From assembly GCA_019057795.1 (NCBI GenBank), contig JAHLWS010000067.1:16984-80983 (forward strand): DNA of 64,000 nt, given 5' to 3'. Below are positions 28,401 through 39,457 of this stretch, one piece after another (within the stretch, counting starts at the first letter, position 1; each line of letters begins with the position of its first letter). This stretch comes from Promethearchaeota archaeon (GTDB taxonomy: Archaea > Asgardarchaeota > Lokiarchaeia > Sigyniarchaeales > SOKP01). The notes below the pieces were generated by a model that had not been told where the DNA came from, ran no database searches, and was given only the letters and a program-made list of their open reading frames with translations. A program made the position numbers and the translations under genes.

Positions 28401-29891
28401 TTAACCCATCATGGATGGTAATATTTTTGCTAACGGAACCGCTAAACCACCAAGTAAAGAACCGATAGAGGTCAGTTTTTTCAAATAGGTTTTCATATCT
28501 TTAGTAACTTTTATTGTCCTTGTTTTTCCTTCGATAATCGTGCCGTCAGAAGACATTAAGAATATTTGAATCGTTTGTTCTCCCGTTTGTCTTGGCTCTA
28601 AAGTTAACCAAGTTGAGTCTCCGTTTTCTATCATGTTTGATAATACCCCTACGATATCAGTACCTTCAGAAGAGATTAAAGGAATGGGTTTCTCTGGGAT
28701 TAAAAAGCTCCCTCTTCCTTCAACCTTGATAGCTAAATTTAATTCGCTAGGTTCAAAACCTGGAGCGACTACTTTTATACTGTATTTTTTATCTTCTGGG
28801 GTATTGTTATAGAGAAAGATCATAATATTTAGTTCCGCATTCAAAAATACCACTTCTTGGGCTGAGGAATCCATATATATCGGATCCTTTGAAATGCGTT
28901 CTATATTATCGGCTAGTTCTAATTGAAGTCTATCGACGATTTTGAAGAAGCCAGGGTTGAATTTTTTGATGTAAGCAAATATTTTAAAGACATCGGCAGT
29001 AGAAAAATACCACGATGAATTCTCAATTAGTAGTCCCTTTTCAACATCAAAATCTTGTGAGTCAATGTTAACAATTTCTGCCAGTTCTCGTGTAAATTGT
29101 TCATCCGTTAAAACGCCTTGATATTTTAAATAATACAAAAACAAAAGAGATTCAATTGCAAAGGTTATTGGTAGCTCATCTTCTTCTTGCTCTTTGATTT
29201 TTTGTATAAAGGAGGGTGTCAAAATTTTGTTAATTCCTGCTAAATATTCGTCCCATTTGAGGAATGTAACAGGATCTAAATGATCGGAAAATACTTCCCC
29301 AAAGAAGTTGTCCAAAAATATCTGATGCGTGGTAGGCTTGTAAAAGTCTTGTAGGCCGTTTACATCGTGGATATTAAGGTTTAAACTACGAATAATAATT
29401 GCTAAGCCTAACCCAATTAGTGCAAGTCCTGCTGCTGCGAATCCTAAGTTCATATCTCCAAGTAATAACATTATCAAGAACAAAATAAGTGCTATAAAAC
29501 ATATTAAGGCAATAATCTTTAGCAAGTTAACAACGCTCTTTACGCTACTAAATAGTAAGTCAAACCCATCTAATGAATCAATTGGTCTCCCTCTCTTTCT
29601 TTCAACCTCTAATCGTAATTTTAGAGAAGAACTCGTACTACTCGCTCCGAGAAACAACATTATTGAATTGAAGGCATATATTCCTAAGATTACGAAGAAT
29701 ACGATTTTTAACGTGAAGTCCAATACTGAAATAAAAGCTAGAATGGTAACTATTAATAGAAGAATAGGAAGTACGAATAATAGAATTTTACCAACTCTGG
29801 AGACATATTTAACCATTTTGCCTTGAAACCGTTCCTTTTTAATAATTTTTGACAAGTCTTTTTCTAATTCTCTTTCCATTTTATAATTCAT
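28401..29891 (-). CDS. Hypothetical membrane protein (4 N-terminal TM, soluble domain, C-terminal hydrophobic helix)
   Basis: Hydropathy pattern; long ORF. Confidence 0.75.
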   Translation of the reverse strand: MNYKMERELEKDLSKIIKKERFQGKMVKYVSRVGKILLFVLPILLLIVTILAFISVLDFTLKIVFFVILGIYAFNSIMLFLGASSTSSSLKLRLEVERKRGRPIDSLDGFDLLFSSVKSVVNLLKIIALICFIALILFLIMLLLGDMNLGFAAAGLALIGLGLAIIIRSLNLNIHDVNGLQDFYKPTTHQIFLDNFFGEVFSDHLDPVTFLKWDEYLAGINKILTPSFIQKIKEQEEDELPITFAIESLLFLYYLKYQGVLTDEQFTRELAEIVNIDSQDFDVEKGLLIENSSWYFSTADVFKIFAYIKKFNPGFFKIVDRLQLELADNIERISKDPIYMDSSAQEVVFLNAELNIMIFLYNNTPEDKKYSIKVVAPGFEPSELNLAIKVEGRGSFLIPEKPIPLISSEGTDIVGVLSNMIENGDSTWLTLEPRQTGEQTIQIFLMSSDGTIIEGKTRTIKVTKDMKTYLKKLTSIGSLLGGLAVPLAKILPSMMG

Positions 29892-30127
29892 CTGTTCAGG
29901 TTTTGTAAAATATATATATTTAAAATAATAGAAATTGTGATTTAAAATTTTAATGAAAATATTTCGTTTGATTTCTTACAATATTATTTATTAAGGTATT
30001 GATCAAAAAAGTAAAAAAAGAAAAAGTCTCAATATAAAATCTATATTTACAATTATACTAGAATTATTTAGTATTTGTTTCTGTATCAACTTTATAGGAA
30101 TTATCTATCAAAAACAACAGCTAATTA

Positions 30128-31615
30128 CTATGCGCTCTTAATTTGTTTTTTTGCCTTTTTATTTCTTGAAATATTTCGTCTATGTCTATAGCGGAATATA
30201 ACTACGACTGAAATAGTCCCTATTATAAGTACTATTACAATGATAACTACTAATTCTATTGGAAATGGTAGAGTGGTAAGTCCATAAGCATAATATATGT
30301 CCATCTCAGCATTTCTTCCGTCCGACCAAACAACATGAGGTATATCATACTGATCGAGTTGAATACTCATGTATTCTCCAGGTCTCGTAAAGACGCTCGA
30401 TGTGTCTTCATTCGCTATAACTATTTCATCAGATAAAACAGGGTTGCTTTTCCCAGTCCCTGCAAAATTGATTGTTCGATAATATGGTCTGTAATTATCT
30501 CCTATTTCACTGTAATAGACAATATGGAGTCTTCCAGTTGGATCAATTACCATGTCAGGATTCCATTGGTTTCCCGCTGTTTGTGGGTTCACTCGTAATC
30601 GTTCGCTCCAAATCGAACCATGATTATCAGAATATCGCAAGTATACATCAAAGGTGTCTGTAGCTTGATCATATTTGTCTGCCCATAAAATATAGAGACG
30701 ATTGTCTTTATCAAATTTTATTACGGGTAAGGTAGCTTTACCAACTGAACCACCTGCTGGTTCGAAGGCTGAAAAGTTTCCGTCATTGTTAATTATCTGT
30801 GGAATATCAAATGTGATTCCCTTATTTAGACTTTTAGATAAATATAGATTCCCGCCACCATCAGGTACCCAACTCCAAGCAACAAAAGGATCTCCAGAAC
30901 CATTTAAGGTAATATAGGGTCCTACATAGAATTCATCTTCACCTATCACCGAAATTTCTTGATAGGAGTCGCCTCCATCAGTAGAGCGAGTCACACGAAT
31001 AGTTGCATTTCCATTAGGGTCTTCTACATCGACATCATCATAAACGAGATATACAGTGTTATTTTCACCAACGACAATAGTTTCTTTATCAGCAAAATGA
31101 ATACCATTTGAAGCTTGCACAGGAGTCCATGTTACTCCATAGTCGATGCTCTTTGCGATTGTAATTTGTGTCAGATAACCTCCACTAGGATCATTAAAGT
31201 AATCAGGTTCGAACTCAAGATAAGCATAATAAACAGTTCCATTGTACCAGTATAGCCAAGGATCAGATTGCCGTGTAAAGGAGTCACCAAACATTGGCAT
31301 ATCGTAAGGTTGAGTCCATGATTTACCGAGATCGAGAGACCTTACAATGCTCACGCGTGCCCCACCTCCGTTATGAGTTTCGGAATTCTTCCAGCCGACG
31401 AAGATTGCTCCATTATCACTTATTGCCATAGAAACTTCCACATGGTGGGCATAGTTGTTATCGTCTGTTGATAAAAGTTTATTACTTGAAAATCCTAAAA
31501 TGACTTCATCTGTCTCTTGAGAATTAGCTAAAATAAAAGTAGAAGGAGGGAGTAAAAATGCTAAAAAGAGCATAATTGATGTCATGAAGAGATACGATTT
31601 TCTAATTCTATTCAT
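30128..31615 (-). CDS. Exported, membrane-anchored Asp-box (BNR) beta-propeller, sialidase-like
   Basis: Signal peptide; SLDLGKSW, SIDYGVTW, STDGGDSY, SLNKGITF, SDNHGSIW; C-terminal TM plus basic tail. Confidence 0.85.
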   Translation of the reverse strand: MNRIRKSYLFMTSIMLFLAFLLPPSTFILANSQETDEVILGFSSNKLLSTDDNNYAHHVEVSMAISDNGAIFVGWKNSETHNGGGARVSIVRSLDLGKSWTQPYDMPMFGDSFTRQSDPWLYWYNGTVYYAYLEFEPDYFNDPSGGYLTQITIAKSIDYGVTWTPVQASNGIHFADKETIVVGENNTVYLVYDDVDVEDPNGNATIRVTRSTDGGDSYQEISVIGEDEFYVGPYITLNGSGDPFVAWSWVPDGGGNLYLSKSLNKGITFDIPQIINNDGNFSAFEPAGGSVGKATLPVIKFDKDNRLYILWADKYDQATDTFDVYLRYSDNHGSIWSERLRVNPQTAGNQWNPDMVIDPTGRLHIVYYSEIGDNYRPYYRTINFAGTGKSNPVLSDEIVIANEDTSSVFTRPGEYMSIQLDQYDIPHVVWSDGRNAEMDIYYAYGLTTLPFPIELVVIIVIVLIIGTISVVVIFRYRHRRNISRNKKAKKQIKSA

Positions 31616-31862
31616 TTACTGCCTCCAGTTTAAAATCATTTTGGTAAATTATATCTTCATAATTAATGTTTCATTTATACAAGTCAACTAATAAACATTG
31701 TTACCCAATTTGTTTTAATCCACATAATATTTTCTTTTCGAATATTTTCTTGAAAATTGAAGTGATTTAAAACATTGAAATTAACAATACACAATAAGAA
31801 TATCAATATTATTATTATTATTAAAAAATAAATATTTATTCAAGAAATCCTTTAAATAACTC

Positions 31863-32981
31863 ATGTCGGAAATTGATTATTATGAAATAGTTAGACAAAA
31901 GCTGATTCTCGGACCATTGTATGCGCCAAAGCATAAAAAAGTCTATGAATTGATGAAAATCTTATGGAGTAAAGAAGAAGTTAAGATTCTTTCCTATTTT
32001 GAAAATGCCGATAAATATAATACTTTAAGGGAATTAGAAAAAAAATCAGGAATTCCAAAAAAAGAAATTAAATCCGTTTTGGAGCGATTATGCTCAAAAG
32101 GTACTATCGCTAAAAGGGTAACAAAATATAGTCTTATTCCACTTCTTCCCGGTATATTTGAAAGATATTTCATTTATCGCAATGATACTGAAGAAAATTT
32201 GAAAAAAGTAGCAGAGCTTTATCGATGGTTTTTTAAAAATTTTTTACCTCCATTTTTAGTAGAGAGTAAATTAAAACTTTTTCGACCTCGATTACCTTTT
32301 GATGCTAAGGAAAAATTAATTGAAATTGATGAATCTCTTGATGTTGAATCTCAAATCCTTCCTTTAGAATTAGTATCTCAATTAATCGATAATTATGATA
32401 TGTTTACATATATTCCATGTCAATGTCGTTTAATAGCAGAATACACAGGAGAACCATGTGAGGTAGCTCCAGCAGAAATGGGGTGCTTTTTAGCGGGAGA
32501 AGGGGCGAGATCTGCAATAGAAGGAGGGTATCCGAATCTTAATAAAGAAGAAGCTATAGAATACTTAAGAAAAACTGAAAAAGCGGGATTAATCCATAGT
32601 TGTGTAGCAGATAGCAGTATTGAATCTACTTTATTCATATGTAATTGTTGTAGTTGCCATTGTGGGGCGTTAGTAGCAGCAAAAGAACATAAATACTACG
32701 CAACATTAGCATCTAATTACATACCGAAAATAAACAATGAACTCTGTACTAAATGTGAAATTTGTCTAAATAAATGCCCAATGGGCGTTATTTATCATAA
32801 ACTTCCTAATGAACCAGATTCTTCTGATGAACGTATGTTTATAAATGAAGAATATTGCTTAGGATGTGGAGTTTGTGCGACTAATTGTCCAAACAATGCT
32901 ATTAAACTAGTAAAAGTCAGAGATAATATTCCTACAGAAAAATATAAAATTGGTACAAAAACATTTACAGAACTAGTGTAA
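31863..32981 (+). CDS. 4Fe-4S dicluster protein with an N-terminal wHTH-like region
   Basis: CQCR...C...C, ICNCCSCHC, CTKCEICLNKCP, CLGCGVCATNCP. Confidence 0.85.
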   Translation: MSEIDYYEIVRQKLILGPLYAPKHKKVYELMKILWSKEEVKILSYFENADKYNTLRELEKKSGIPKKEIKSVLERLCSKGTIAKRVTKYSLIPLLPGIFERYFIYRNDTEENLKKVAELYRWFFKNFLPPFLVESKLKLFRPRLPFDAKEKLIEIDESLDVESQILPLELVSQLIDNYDMFTYIPCQCRLIAEYTGEPCEVAPAEMGCFLAGEGARSAIEGGYPNLNKEEAIEYLRKTEKAGLIHSCVADSSIESTLFICNCCSCHCGALVAAKEHKYYATLASNYIPKINNELCTKCEICLNKCPMGVIYHKLPNEPDSSDERMFINEEYCLGCGVCATNCPNNAIKLVKVRDNIPTEKYKIGTKTFTELV

Positions 32982-33543
32982 GTTAAAATACTGCATTTTT
33001 ACTTTTTATATTTTTTAATTCTTAAAAATTGAAACTTCTTAATTAATTAAAAAGAATTGAAGAGATTTAAGTATAAATTTAAAAGAATTAAAGGATTAAA
33101 TCACTTTCTTTGATATAAACTAATCTTATAAGTTAATTTGATCAAAAAAGAAAAATTAAAAAAAAGAATTAGTAAATAAGCTATAAAAAAACTTTAAGTT
33201 GTGAGTTTTTGATCATTTTTTACTAACATTTTTTGGTATTTTTATAACCTTTTCCTTACAATTATTTAACAATAGTGCGGAAAAAATCGTAAGAAATCTC
33301 GAAAATGTCAATTTTCAATCGTTTTTAAATCCTCAAAGTTAATAAAAGGGATTTTTTTCCCCCAAAAAGTAAGGATTCCTTTTTCATTCGTTATATGTTC
33401 AAAAAAAGTCAGATTTTCAAGGATTCACCCGATCTCGTAAAATGGGTTAAGGAAAATTTCCCATTATATTTATATAGTAAATTATTCTTAAAGTAATTAA
33501 TAATAAAAAAATAAAAATAAAACAAACTCGGAGTGAAAAAAAT

Positions 33544-33882
33544 ATGGAAATAATAAACCTTCAAGAAAAAGTTTTAGACCTTTCTGACGAACAGCTAAAA
33601 AGTATTTATTTAGCAGCTAGTAGAATAAGTCAAGATAGTATTGAGGAATTAACTCCTGTCCTGTTAAGAGTATGCTTAAACTGCGAAACAGGAGTTTTAA
33701 AAGACGAGCTCGGGCGAGTTATCTTTCATTTACAGAAGACAGAGAGATTAGATACTCGAATTGGTCTTGAAAAGCTTTTACATGGAGCTTTAAAAGTGAA
33801 CGCGAAGGAAGTATTTAAACTTCTTGAATCTGGTGCGCCAGATGCTAAAGATTTATCTGAAAAAATAAAATCAATTTTATAA
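33544..33882 (+). CDS. Hypothetical protein (112 aa)
   Basis: ATG with GGAGTGA RBS; helical composition. Confidence 0.7.
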   Translation: MEIINLQEKVLDLSDEQLKSIYLAASRISQDSIEELTPVLLRVCLNCETGVLKDELGRVIFHLQKTERLDTRIGLEKLLHGALKVNAKEVFKLLESGAPDAKDLSEKIKSIL

Positions 33883-33923
33883 TGAAAAAACTTTTTTTTT
33901 ACTAATCTTATTTTATTTTAATT

Positions 33924-34205
33924 ATGTCTAATAATGATAATCAATCTGATTTAGATAAAGCTTGGGAGCATTACGAGAAAATACGAGACGCTCTTATGGG
34001 TTTATACGAAATCTTGGATTTGAATTTGGAAAAGGATAATATTTTTTACCAATGTGCGATCGACAACTTAGAAAATTTAAAAGACACAATTATCGATTTA
34101 TTAAAAAAGGATTACAATCCCTCCGAAATCACGCTAAAATTGAGAGATCTAGAATTTTCTATGAAAAAAGAGCTTTTTTTTGAAAAAAAAGAAAAACAAA
34201 AATAA
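33924..34205 (+). CDS. Hypothetical protein (93 aa)
   Basis: ATG ORF co-oriented 41 bp after the previous gene; helical-bundle pattern. Confidence 0.7.
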   Translation: MSNNDNQSDLDKAWEHYEKIRDALMGLYEILDLNLEKDNIFYQCAIDNLENLKDTIIDLLKKDYNPSEITLKLRDLEFSMKKELFFEKKEKQK

Positions 34206-34394
34206 ATCGTTATAGAGAAAGAGTATTTTTATTTATCTCAGGTTTATTTTTGACAATTTTGTATTATATTTTAATAGTGCAATATATCAGATTCAATTTT
34301 ATTTATAAAGGCGGTTGAGCTAGTTTATATTAATATTTTTAAAATTTTATTATATGAAAATTAAAAAATTAAATTTTAATGAAGTGAATATGAA

Positions 34395-35099
34395 ATGCTT
34401 ATTCTAGAAGGATGGATCGATGGGATTACAGCCTCGGGTGTCGTTATTTTTGGCATTATTTTTGGCATATTCTTTTTATATAAATCGCGAAAATCTGGTG
34501 CTAAGATTTTAACAATTTTGGGGGTAGTAAATATTTTAGCGGGACTTATGTATTTAGGGGTTTTTACGGATTTTTTGGTGGTTCTTATGACGCAAAACAA
34601 TTTGGATAACACCTACGGTTTGGTGGGAATATTGAGTTACATCTGGTTCGCCCCCATAATCATACTCGCGATTTATATCGGTGCTGAACTCTTAGTACCT
34701 AAGAAAAAGTGGTACTTAATGATATTAATTATTATCTTAAGCGCTATATTTGAAGTTCTTTTCATCTTAGATCCACTGGGCACTTTTAATTTCGTTGATC
34801 CAGTAAATCCAGGAGAGATATTAATTGATTATAATGTTAACATGTTTACACCAGCAGGTCTTATTATGGCTGTTTTATTATTAACCGTTTTAATAATTCT
34901 TGGTTTTGGGTTTTTAATAAAAAGTTTTCAGTCTACCGGCATTTTAAAAAAGAAGTTTTTTCTCTTATCAATGGGATCTATATGCTTCTGTATATTCGGA
35001 TTATTGGAAGGGTTAACTGCTCCAGGATTGATGGTAATTTTCGTTAGAATCGGATATTTAACTAGTTTTTGGCTAATGTATTTCGGGCTAAAAACTTAA
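34395..35099 (+). CDS. 7-TM membrane protein (standalone sensor-like domain)
   Basis: Seven hydrophobic segments in 234 aa. Confidence 0.7.
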   Translation: MLILEGWIDGITASGVVIFGIIFGIFFLYKSRKSGAKILTILGVVNILAGLMYLGVFTDFLVVLMTQNNLDNTYGLVGILSYIWFAPIIILAIYIGAELLVPKKKWYLMILIIILSAIFEVLFILDPLGTFNFVDPVNPGEILIDYNVNMFTPAGLIMAVLLLTVLIILGFGFLIKSFQSTGILKKKFFLLSMGSICFCIFGLLEGLTAPGLMVIFVRIGYLTSFWLMYFGLKT

Positions 35100-35208
35100 A
35101 TTTACATTAAAAATATAACTATCAATTTTTTTTTCTTTTAACTATTTTAAAAGGCAAATTAAAAATTGCTTTCTTAATTTTTTCAAACAAGGATTAATTA
35201 TCGATTAC

Positions 35209-36243
35209 TTGGTACTAATTTTGTACAAATTTAAATCTGAAGTCAATAAAATTGATGATGTCTATCGAATTAAAATTGACGTTCCATTTGCCGTAAAGTT
35301 CGTTAGTCTTTACCTTTTTAAATTAGATGATCAATACATTCTAATAGATGCTGGTTTAAATATGGGAAATTGGAGTAAACTTCTTTTTTCAGCGCTTAAC
35401 GATTTAAATATAACAATTGGAGATATTGATTATTGTTTTATAACACATATTCATTTGGATCACATCGGGTTAGTAAAAACTCTTAAACGCAAAAACCCAA
35501 ATCTGAAAGTAGTGATGAACGATATAACCCATAAAATTCTGCGATGGGAAACAAACGATTCAACTATGGAAGAGTTAAAATCCGAAGCTAAAAAAGTTGC
35601 AAATCTGATGATAAAATGTGGAATTAACAAAGAACAAGGGAAAAGAGTGGTTCAATTTTTCACTTTTTGGCCGAGACTTCTGCGCTACCAAAAACCAGAT
35701 GTAATTGTGCGCGATAACGATAGATTTTTGGACGATTTAGAAATAATTTGGACTCCAGGTCACAGTTTTGGTCACACTTGTATCTTTAATGTTAAAAAGA
35801 AATATCTTTTTTCTGGAGATCACATCCTTTCGAGAATTACTCCACATATCGGGAATTTCTTGATTCCTAATACTCTTAAGGACGAATACGAGAAGTACGA
35901 TTTTGATAACATTTTAGAACATTATCTAAACTCGCTGGATCGAATTGAGAAATTAAATTCAAAAATAATTTTTCCTGCTCATCAAGATATCATATATAAT
36001 TCACACGAGCGTATTTTAGAGATAAAGAAACATCACGAGAAAAGGTTATCTGAAATTTCGAGTTTAATTAAAAACAAGCCTATGACGCCATTCAAAGTTT
36101 CTCAGGTTCATTTTGGAACTGATTTAGATGAAATGAATTCATTTATGGCTTTAAGTGAAGTATTAGGGCATCTTTTTTATCTGGAAAAGCAAGGAACTGT
36201 GCATAAATTTGAAAAAAGCGGAAAAATTTATTACAAAAGTTAA
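35209..36243 (+). CDS. MBL-fold metallo-hydrolase with a C-terminal wHTH
   Basis: THIHLDHIG, TPGHS, SGDH, PAH. Confidence 0.9.
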   Translation: MVLILYKFKSEVNKIDDVYRIKIDVPFAVKFVSLYLFKLDDQYILIDAGLNMGNWSKLLFSALNDLNITIGDIDYCFITHIHLDHIGLVKTLKRKNPNLKVVMNDITHKILRWETNDSTMEELKSEAKKVANLMIKCGINKEQGKRVVQFFTFWPRLLRYQKPDVIVRDNDRFLDDLEIIWTPGHSFGHTCIFNVKKKYLFSGDHILSRITPHIGNFLIPNTLKDEYEKYDFDNILEHYLNSLDRIEKLNSKIIFPAHQDIIYNSHERILEIKKHHEKRLSEISSLIKNKPMTPFKVSQVHFGTDLDEMNSFMALSEVLGHLFYLEKQGTVHKFEKSGKIYYKS

Positions 36244-36283
36244 ACGCTTAGTCAAAAAAGTAATTTGATGTAAAAAAATCTCT

Positions 36284-36745
36284 TTATATTGGCAACCTTG
36301 CATCTTGAGATTTTGTTTTTATCGGTTTCAAAACCACACAAATTCTTTCTACGCTCTTTACATCGTTACGCCCTCGAAAATTTTCAACAAGCGCATCTAA
36401 TTCGCTAATTTCTGGGACATTTACTTTTATTAAAACGCCACATTGGCCTGCGAGAAAATAAACTTCCTCACACTGAGGGATAATCTGCGTTTCTCTTATC
36501 AATTCTTTAATTTCTGATTCGTTATTGGGAATTACCGTAAGAAAAGCTATAATACATCTTTCATCCTCTCTACATATTTTAATCGTAAATTTTTCGATAA
36601 CTTTTTCATTTTGTAATTTAATAACGCGCTTTCTTACCGTTGATTCGGATAGGCCAACCTCTTCGGCAATTTCTCGATAAGGACGCCGTGAATCTTCGAT
36701 AAGCATTTCTAAAATACGTTTATCCTTCTCATCTAGGTTTTTCAT
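36284..36745 (-). CDS. Lrp/AsnC transcriptional regulator
   Basis: LDEKDKRILEML...DSRRPYREIAEEVGLSESTVRKRV. Confidence 0.9.
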   Translation of the reverse strand: MKNLDEKDKRILEMLIEDSRRPYREIAEEVGLSESTVRKRVIKLQNEKVIEKFTIKICREDERCIIAFLTVIPNNESEIKELIRETQIIPQCEEVYFLAGQCGVLIKVNVPEISELDALVENFRGRNDVKSVERICVVLKPIKTKSQDARLPI

Positions 36746-36839
36746 TTTAATTCTTTCCTATGGGTTTTTATGTTTACAAATGTATAAAAAAATTTTAATT
36801 AAAATTTTAAAAAAATTATATTATTAGTTTTACATTGAA

Positions 36840-37793
36840 TTATTCTACGTATTCTGGGTATTCTCCGAGTAACGGTGCGAAAAGTCTTTCGTACTCAACT
36901 GCCATACAATGAATACCTGCTGCTTTAGTAGATTTCTTGATCTCTGCAATGAAAGGCTTGAAAAAGTCAATATTTATCTTGTCAATAGCTGCATATTTGC
37001 CAGGCTTATTTCCTTTATTTTCCTTTTCTGCTTTTTTAAGAGCTTTCAATAGATCTTTTGGAACGCTAACTCCAGGGATATAGTTATCAAAATACCAAGC
37101 TATTCCGTGACTTTTTAATGGAAAGAGCCCAAGAAGCACTGGAACATTGTATTGTTCTAGTTCTTTTAGGAAGTCTTTTGCGTCGTCAATATCAAACGCT
37201 GTTTGAGTTTGGATAAAATCAATACCACGATCTACCTTACGACCAACCTTTAGGATTTCGGGTTCGCGAGGGTTACTGTTAGGGTTAGCAACGCAACCAA
37301 AATTCATTTCTATTTTGCCTCCCTTTAACTCGTTTCCTTCGTAGTCAGTTCCCTCATCAATCATAATAGAAAGCATTTCACAGAACTGTGTGCTATCAAT
37401 GTCATAAACTGCACGGGCTTTTTTATGATCTCCAAGAGCTGTATGGTCTCCTGTGAGAGTTAGAATGTTCTTCAACCCCAAAACTGCACCAGCTACTACA
37501 TCCCCAAAAAGTGCTACTCGATTTCGATCCCTAACTGTGACTTGCCATACTGCTTCAATTCCCGCTTCTTCTTGGATTTTGTAGCTTGGGACCAATGATG
37601 CCATGTAGGCATCGCCTTGTGGACCATCCGTTACATTTGCTGCTACGATTCTTTTAGTCTTTTTCATCTCCTTTGCGGAATGGATAATCTCGCTAAGATC
37701 CAGAATTTTCTTTGGCTCTAGCTCACCAGTGAAAACAAAATGGCCCGCTTCGATCGCTTTGCATAATTGGCTATACGCCTTTCTTTTTGCCAT
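36840..37793 (-). CDS. metF: Methylenetetrahydrofolate reductase MetF (paralog 2)
   Basis: TGELEP, NVTDGP, TVRDRNR, LTGDH, IQTQ. Confidence 0.85.
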   Translation of the reverse strand: MAKRKAYSQLCKAIEAGHFVFTGELEPKKILDLSEIIHSAKEMKKTKRIVAANVTDGPQGDAYMASLVPSYKIQEEAGIEAVWQVTVRDRNRVALFGDVVAGAVLGLKNILTLTGDHTALGDHKKARAVYDIDSTQFCEMLSIMIDEGTDYEGNELKGGKIEMNFGCVANPNSNPREPEILKVGRKVDRGIDFIQTQTAFDIDDAKDFLKELEQYNVPVLLGLFPLKSHGIAWYFDNYIPGVSVPKDLLKALKKAEKENKGNKPGKYAAIDKINIDFFKPFIAEIKKSTKAAGIHCMAVEYERLFAPLLGEYPEYVE

Positions 37794-38498
37794 TTAATTT
37801 TCCGCCTCCGTTTTTTCTTCTTCATTAGTATATTCCTTATTGATAACTAAGTATCCAGGACTGGTAGACGTGCGAAAGTCCCTTGGGGGTCTGTATTTTT
37901 TAAAGAGATCGAGTCTATTAAATTCTTTTAACCTCGTCCAAATGCGTACCCACGCGCAAGGAAGCGTATAACCACCTACTTCACACATCCCATCTACCAT
38001 TCCTCCACAGGGTCCGTTACTTAAGTGTTTAGCACATCCTGCTCGGGGACATAATCCCCCAGTCTCTCCAATTATACAATCTCCGCACTCCTCACAATAT
38101 TCAATGAAATTATTCTCACCACTGTCTTGTACGCCTCCAAACATGCTATCTTGGGCGGGGAAAGTTAACTTACTGGGAAGCACTTTATTCAGCATTACGA
38201 CACCAAGCCCACAAGCAAGAGAAACTATAGCTTCGCAGTCGTCGATGTAAGGTCGCACTGTTGTTGCTGCAACTCTATCGTCACACTGTCTTAATACCGT
38301 TATTGCTTTCCACGTTAACTTCTTACCTTCAGTTCGGGCTTTTAATTCTAAAAGTTGTCCAAGAACTTTTGCTTCATTTATGGAGCGTGGTGGTTGACAG
38401 CAACCATCGCATCCAGCTATTAATATCTTGTTATAGCTCTTAACCATTTCATAAATTTCGTTTATGTCTTTTTGTTGTGTAATTATCATATCATACAC
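37794..38498 (-). CDS. metV: MetV (paralog 2; start may be ATG 38489)
   Basis: MIITQQK, GCDGC, CEECGDC, CPRAGCAK, GPCGG, CAW; abuts metF. Confidence 0.85.
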   Translation of the reverse strand: MYDMIITQQKDINEIYEMVKSYNKILIAGCDGCCQPPRSINEAKVLGQLLELKARTEGKKLTWKAITVLRQCDDRVAATTVRPYIDDCEAIVSLACGLGVVMLNKVLPSKLTFPAQDSMFGGVQDSGENNFIEYCEECGDCIIGETGGLCPRAGCAKHLSNGPCGGMVDGMCEVGGYTLPCAWVRIWTRLKEFNRLDLFKKYRPPRDFRTSTSPGYLVINKEYTNEEEKTEAEN

Positions 38499-38572
38499 GC
38501 TTTTTATTCTTGATTTTTCAGATTTTATTAGATTTTTATTATTTGCTTAAATCGTAAAAAAAGTTTTTTTTA

Positions 38573-39457
38573 TTATATTTTTAATTTTTCCATTAATTTC
38601 GTTGGTTTTACACTTCGTTGCTTTAAAGCTAGCTTTGTTGTATCGACTCCCAAAGCGATTGCCATTAATTCTGCTAGATATAGAACTGGAATATCAAGTT
38701 CTTTCTCACTTTTTCTGGAGATCAATTTTTCTTTTCTATCGTATTGGGTAGCACAAGCGGGACAAACGGCAACCATTCCATCTACTTCTTTGTGGAAATT
38801 TTTTAAGTCTGTCATTTTTTCTTCGACTAAATTCATTCCTATTTCATCTTGTAATCTAGCGCAGTACCCACAGCATTCAAGTTTAGTAGCAAATTCTACG
38901 GGCGAAGCTCCTATAGCTTTTAGTATTTTATCCATGCTCTCAGGCCGTTCGGGATGATCAAATTGCATTATTTTTGAAGGTCTTATAAGATGACAACCAT
39001 AATGCGAAGCAATATTTAAACTATCTAACGGTTTAACAACTTTGCTTTTAATCTTTTCAAGCATCTCATCTTGGCTAAACAATTCCGCAAAATGAATAAC
39101 TTTTGAAGTCCCTTTATATTCGATGCCAAGCTTTCCTAGAACGGCATTTACTCTATCAAATGCTGCCTTATCTTCTTTTAATAAAACATGGACCGTTTTT
39201 AAGGTCTCATAACATCCAGAACACACGGTCATGATGTCTAATCCAAGTTTTTCGGCAATAGATAGATTTCTCGCTCCTAATGTTAACCAAGTATCAATAT
39301 TGAGCGATTGAGTTGCAACAGGATCGGGACAACATCCCGCACCCTCCATCTCCTTATACTTTATTCCTAAGATTTTAGAGATTTCTCGAAAGGCTTTTTC
39401 AAAATGTGGCATTTTCAAAGGGATTGTACACCCTAAATACAACGCATATTCCATCAT
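38573..39457 (-). CDS. hdrB: Heterodisulfide reductase subunit B
   Basis: YLGC, GCC, CSGC, HYGCH, ECCG, CPAC (CCG domains). Confidence 0.9.
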   Translation of the reverse strand: MMEYALYLGCTIPLKMPHFEKAFREISKILGIKYKEMEGAGCCPDPVATQSLNIDTWLTLGARNLSIAEKLGLDIMTVCSGCYETLKTVHVLLKEDKAAFDRVNAVLGKLGIEYKGTSKVIHFAELFSQDEMLEKIKSKVVKPLDSLNIASHYGCHLIRPSKIMQFDHPERPESMDKILKAIGASPVEFATKLECCGYCARLQDEIGMNLVEEKMTDLKNFHKEVDGMVAVCPACATQYDRKEKLISRKSEKELDIPVLYLAELMAIALGVDTTKLALKQRSVKPTKLMEKLKI

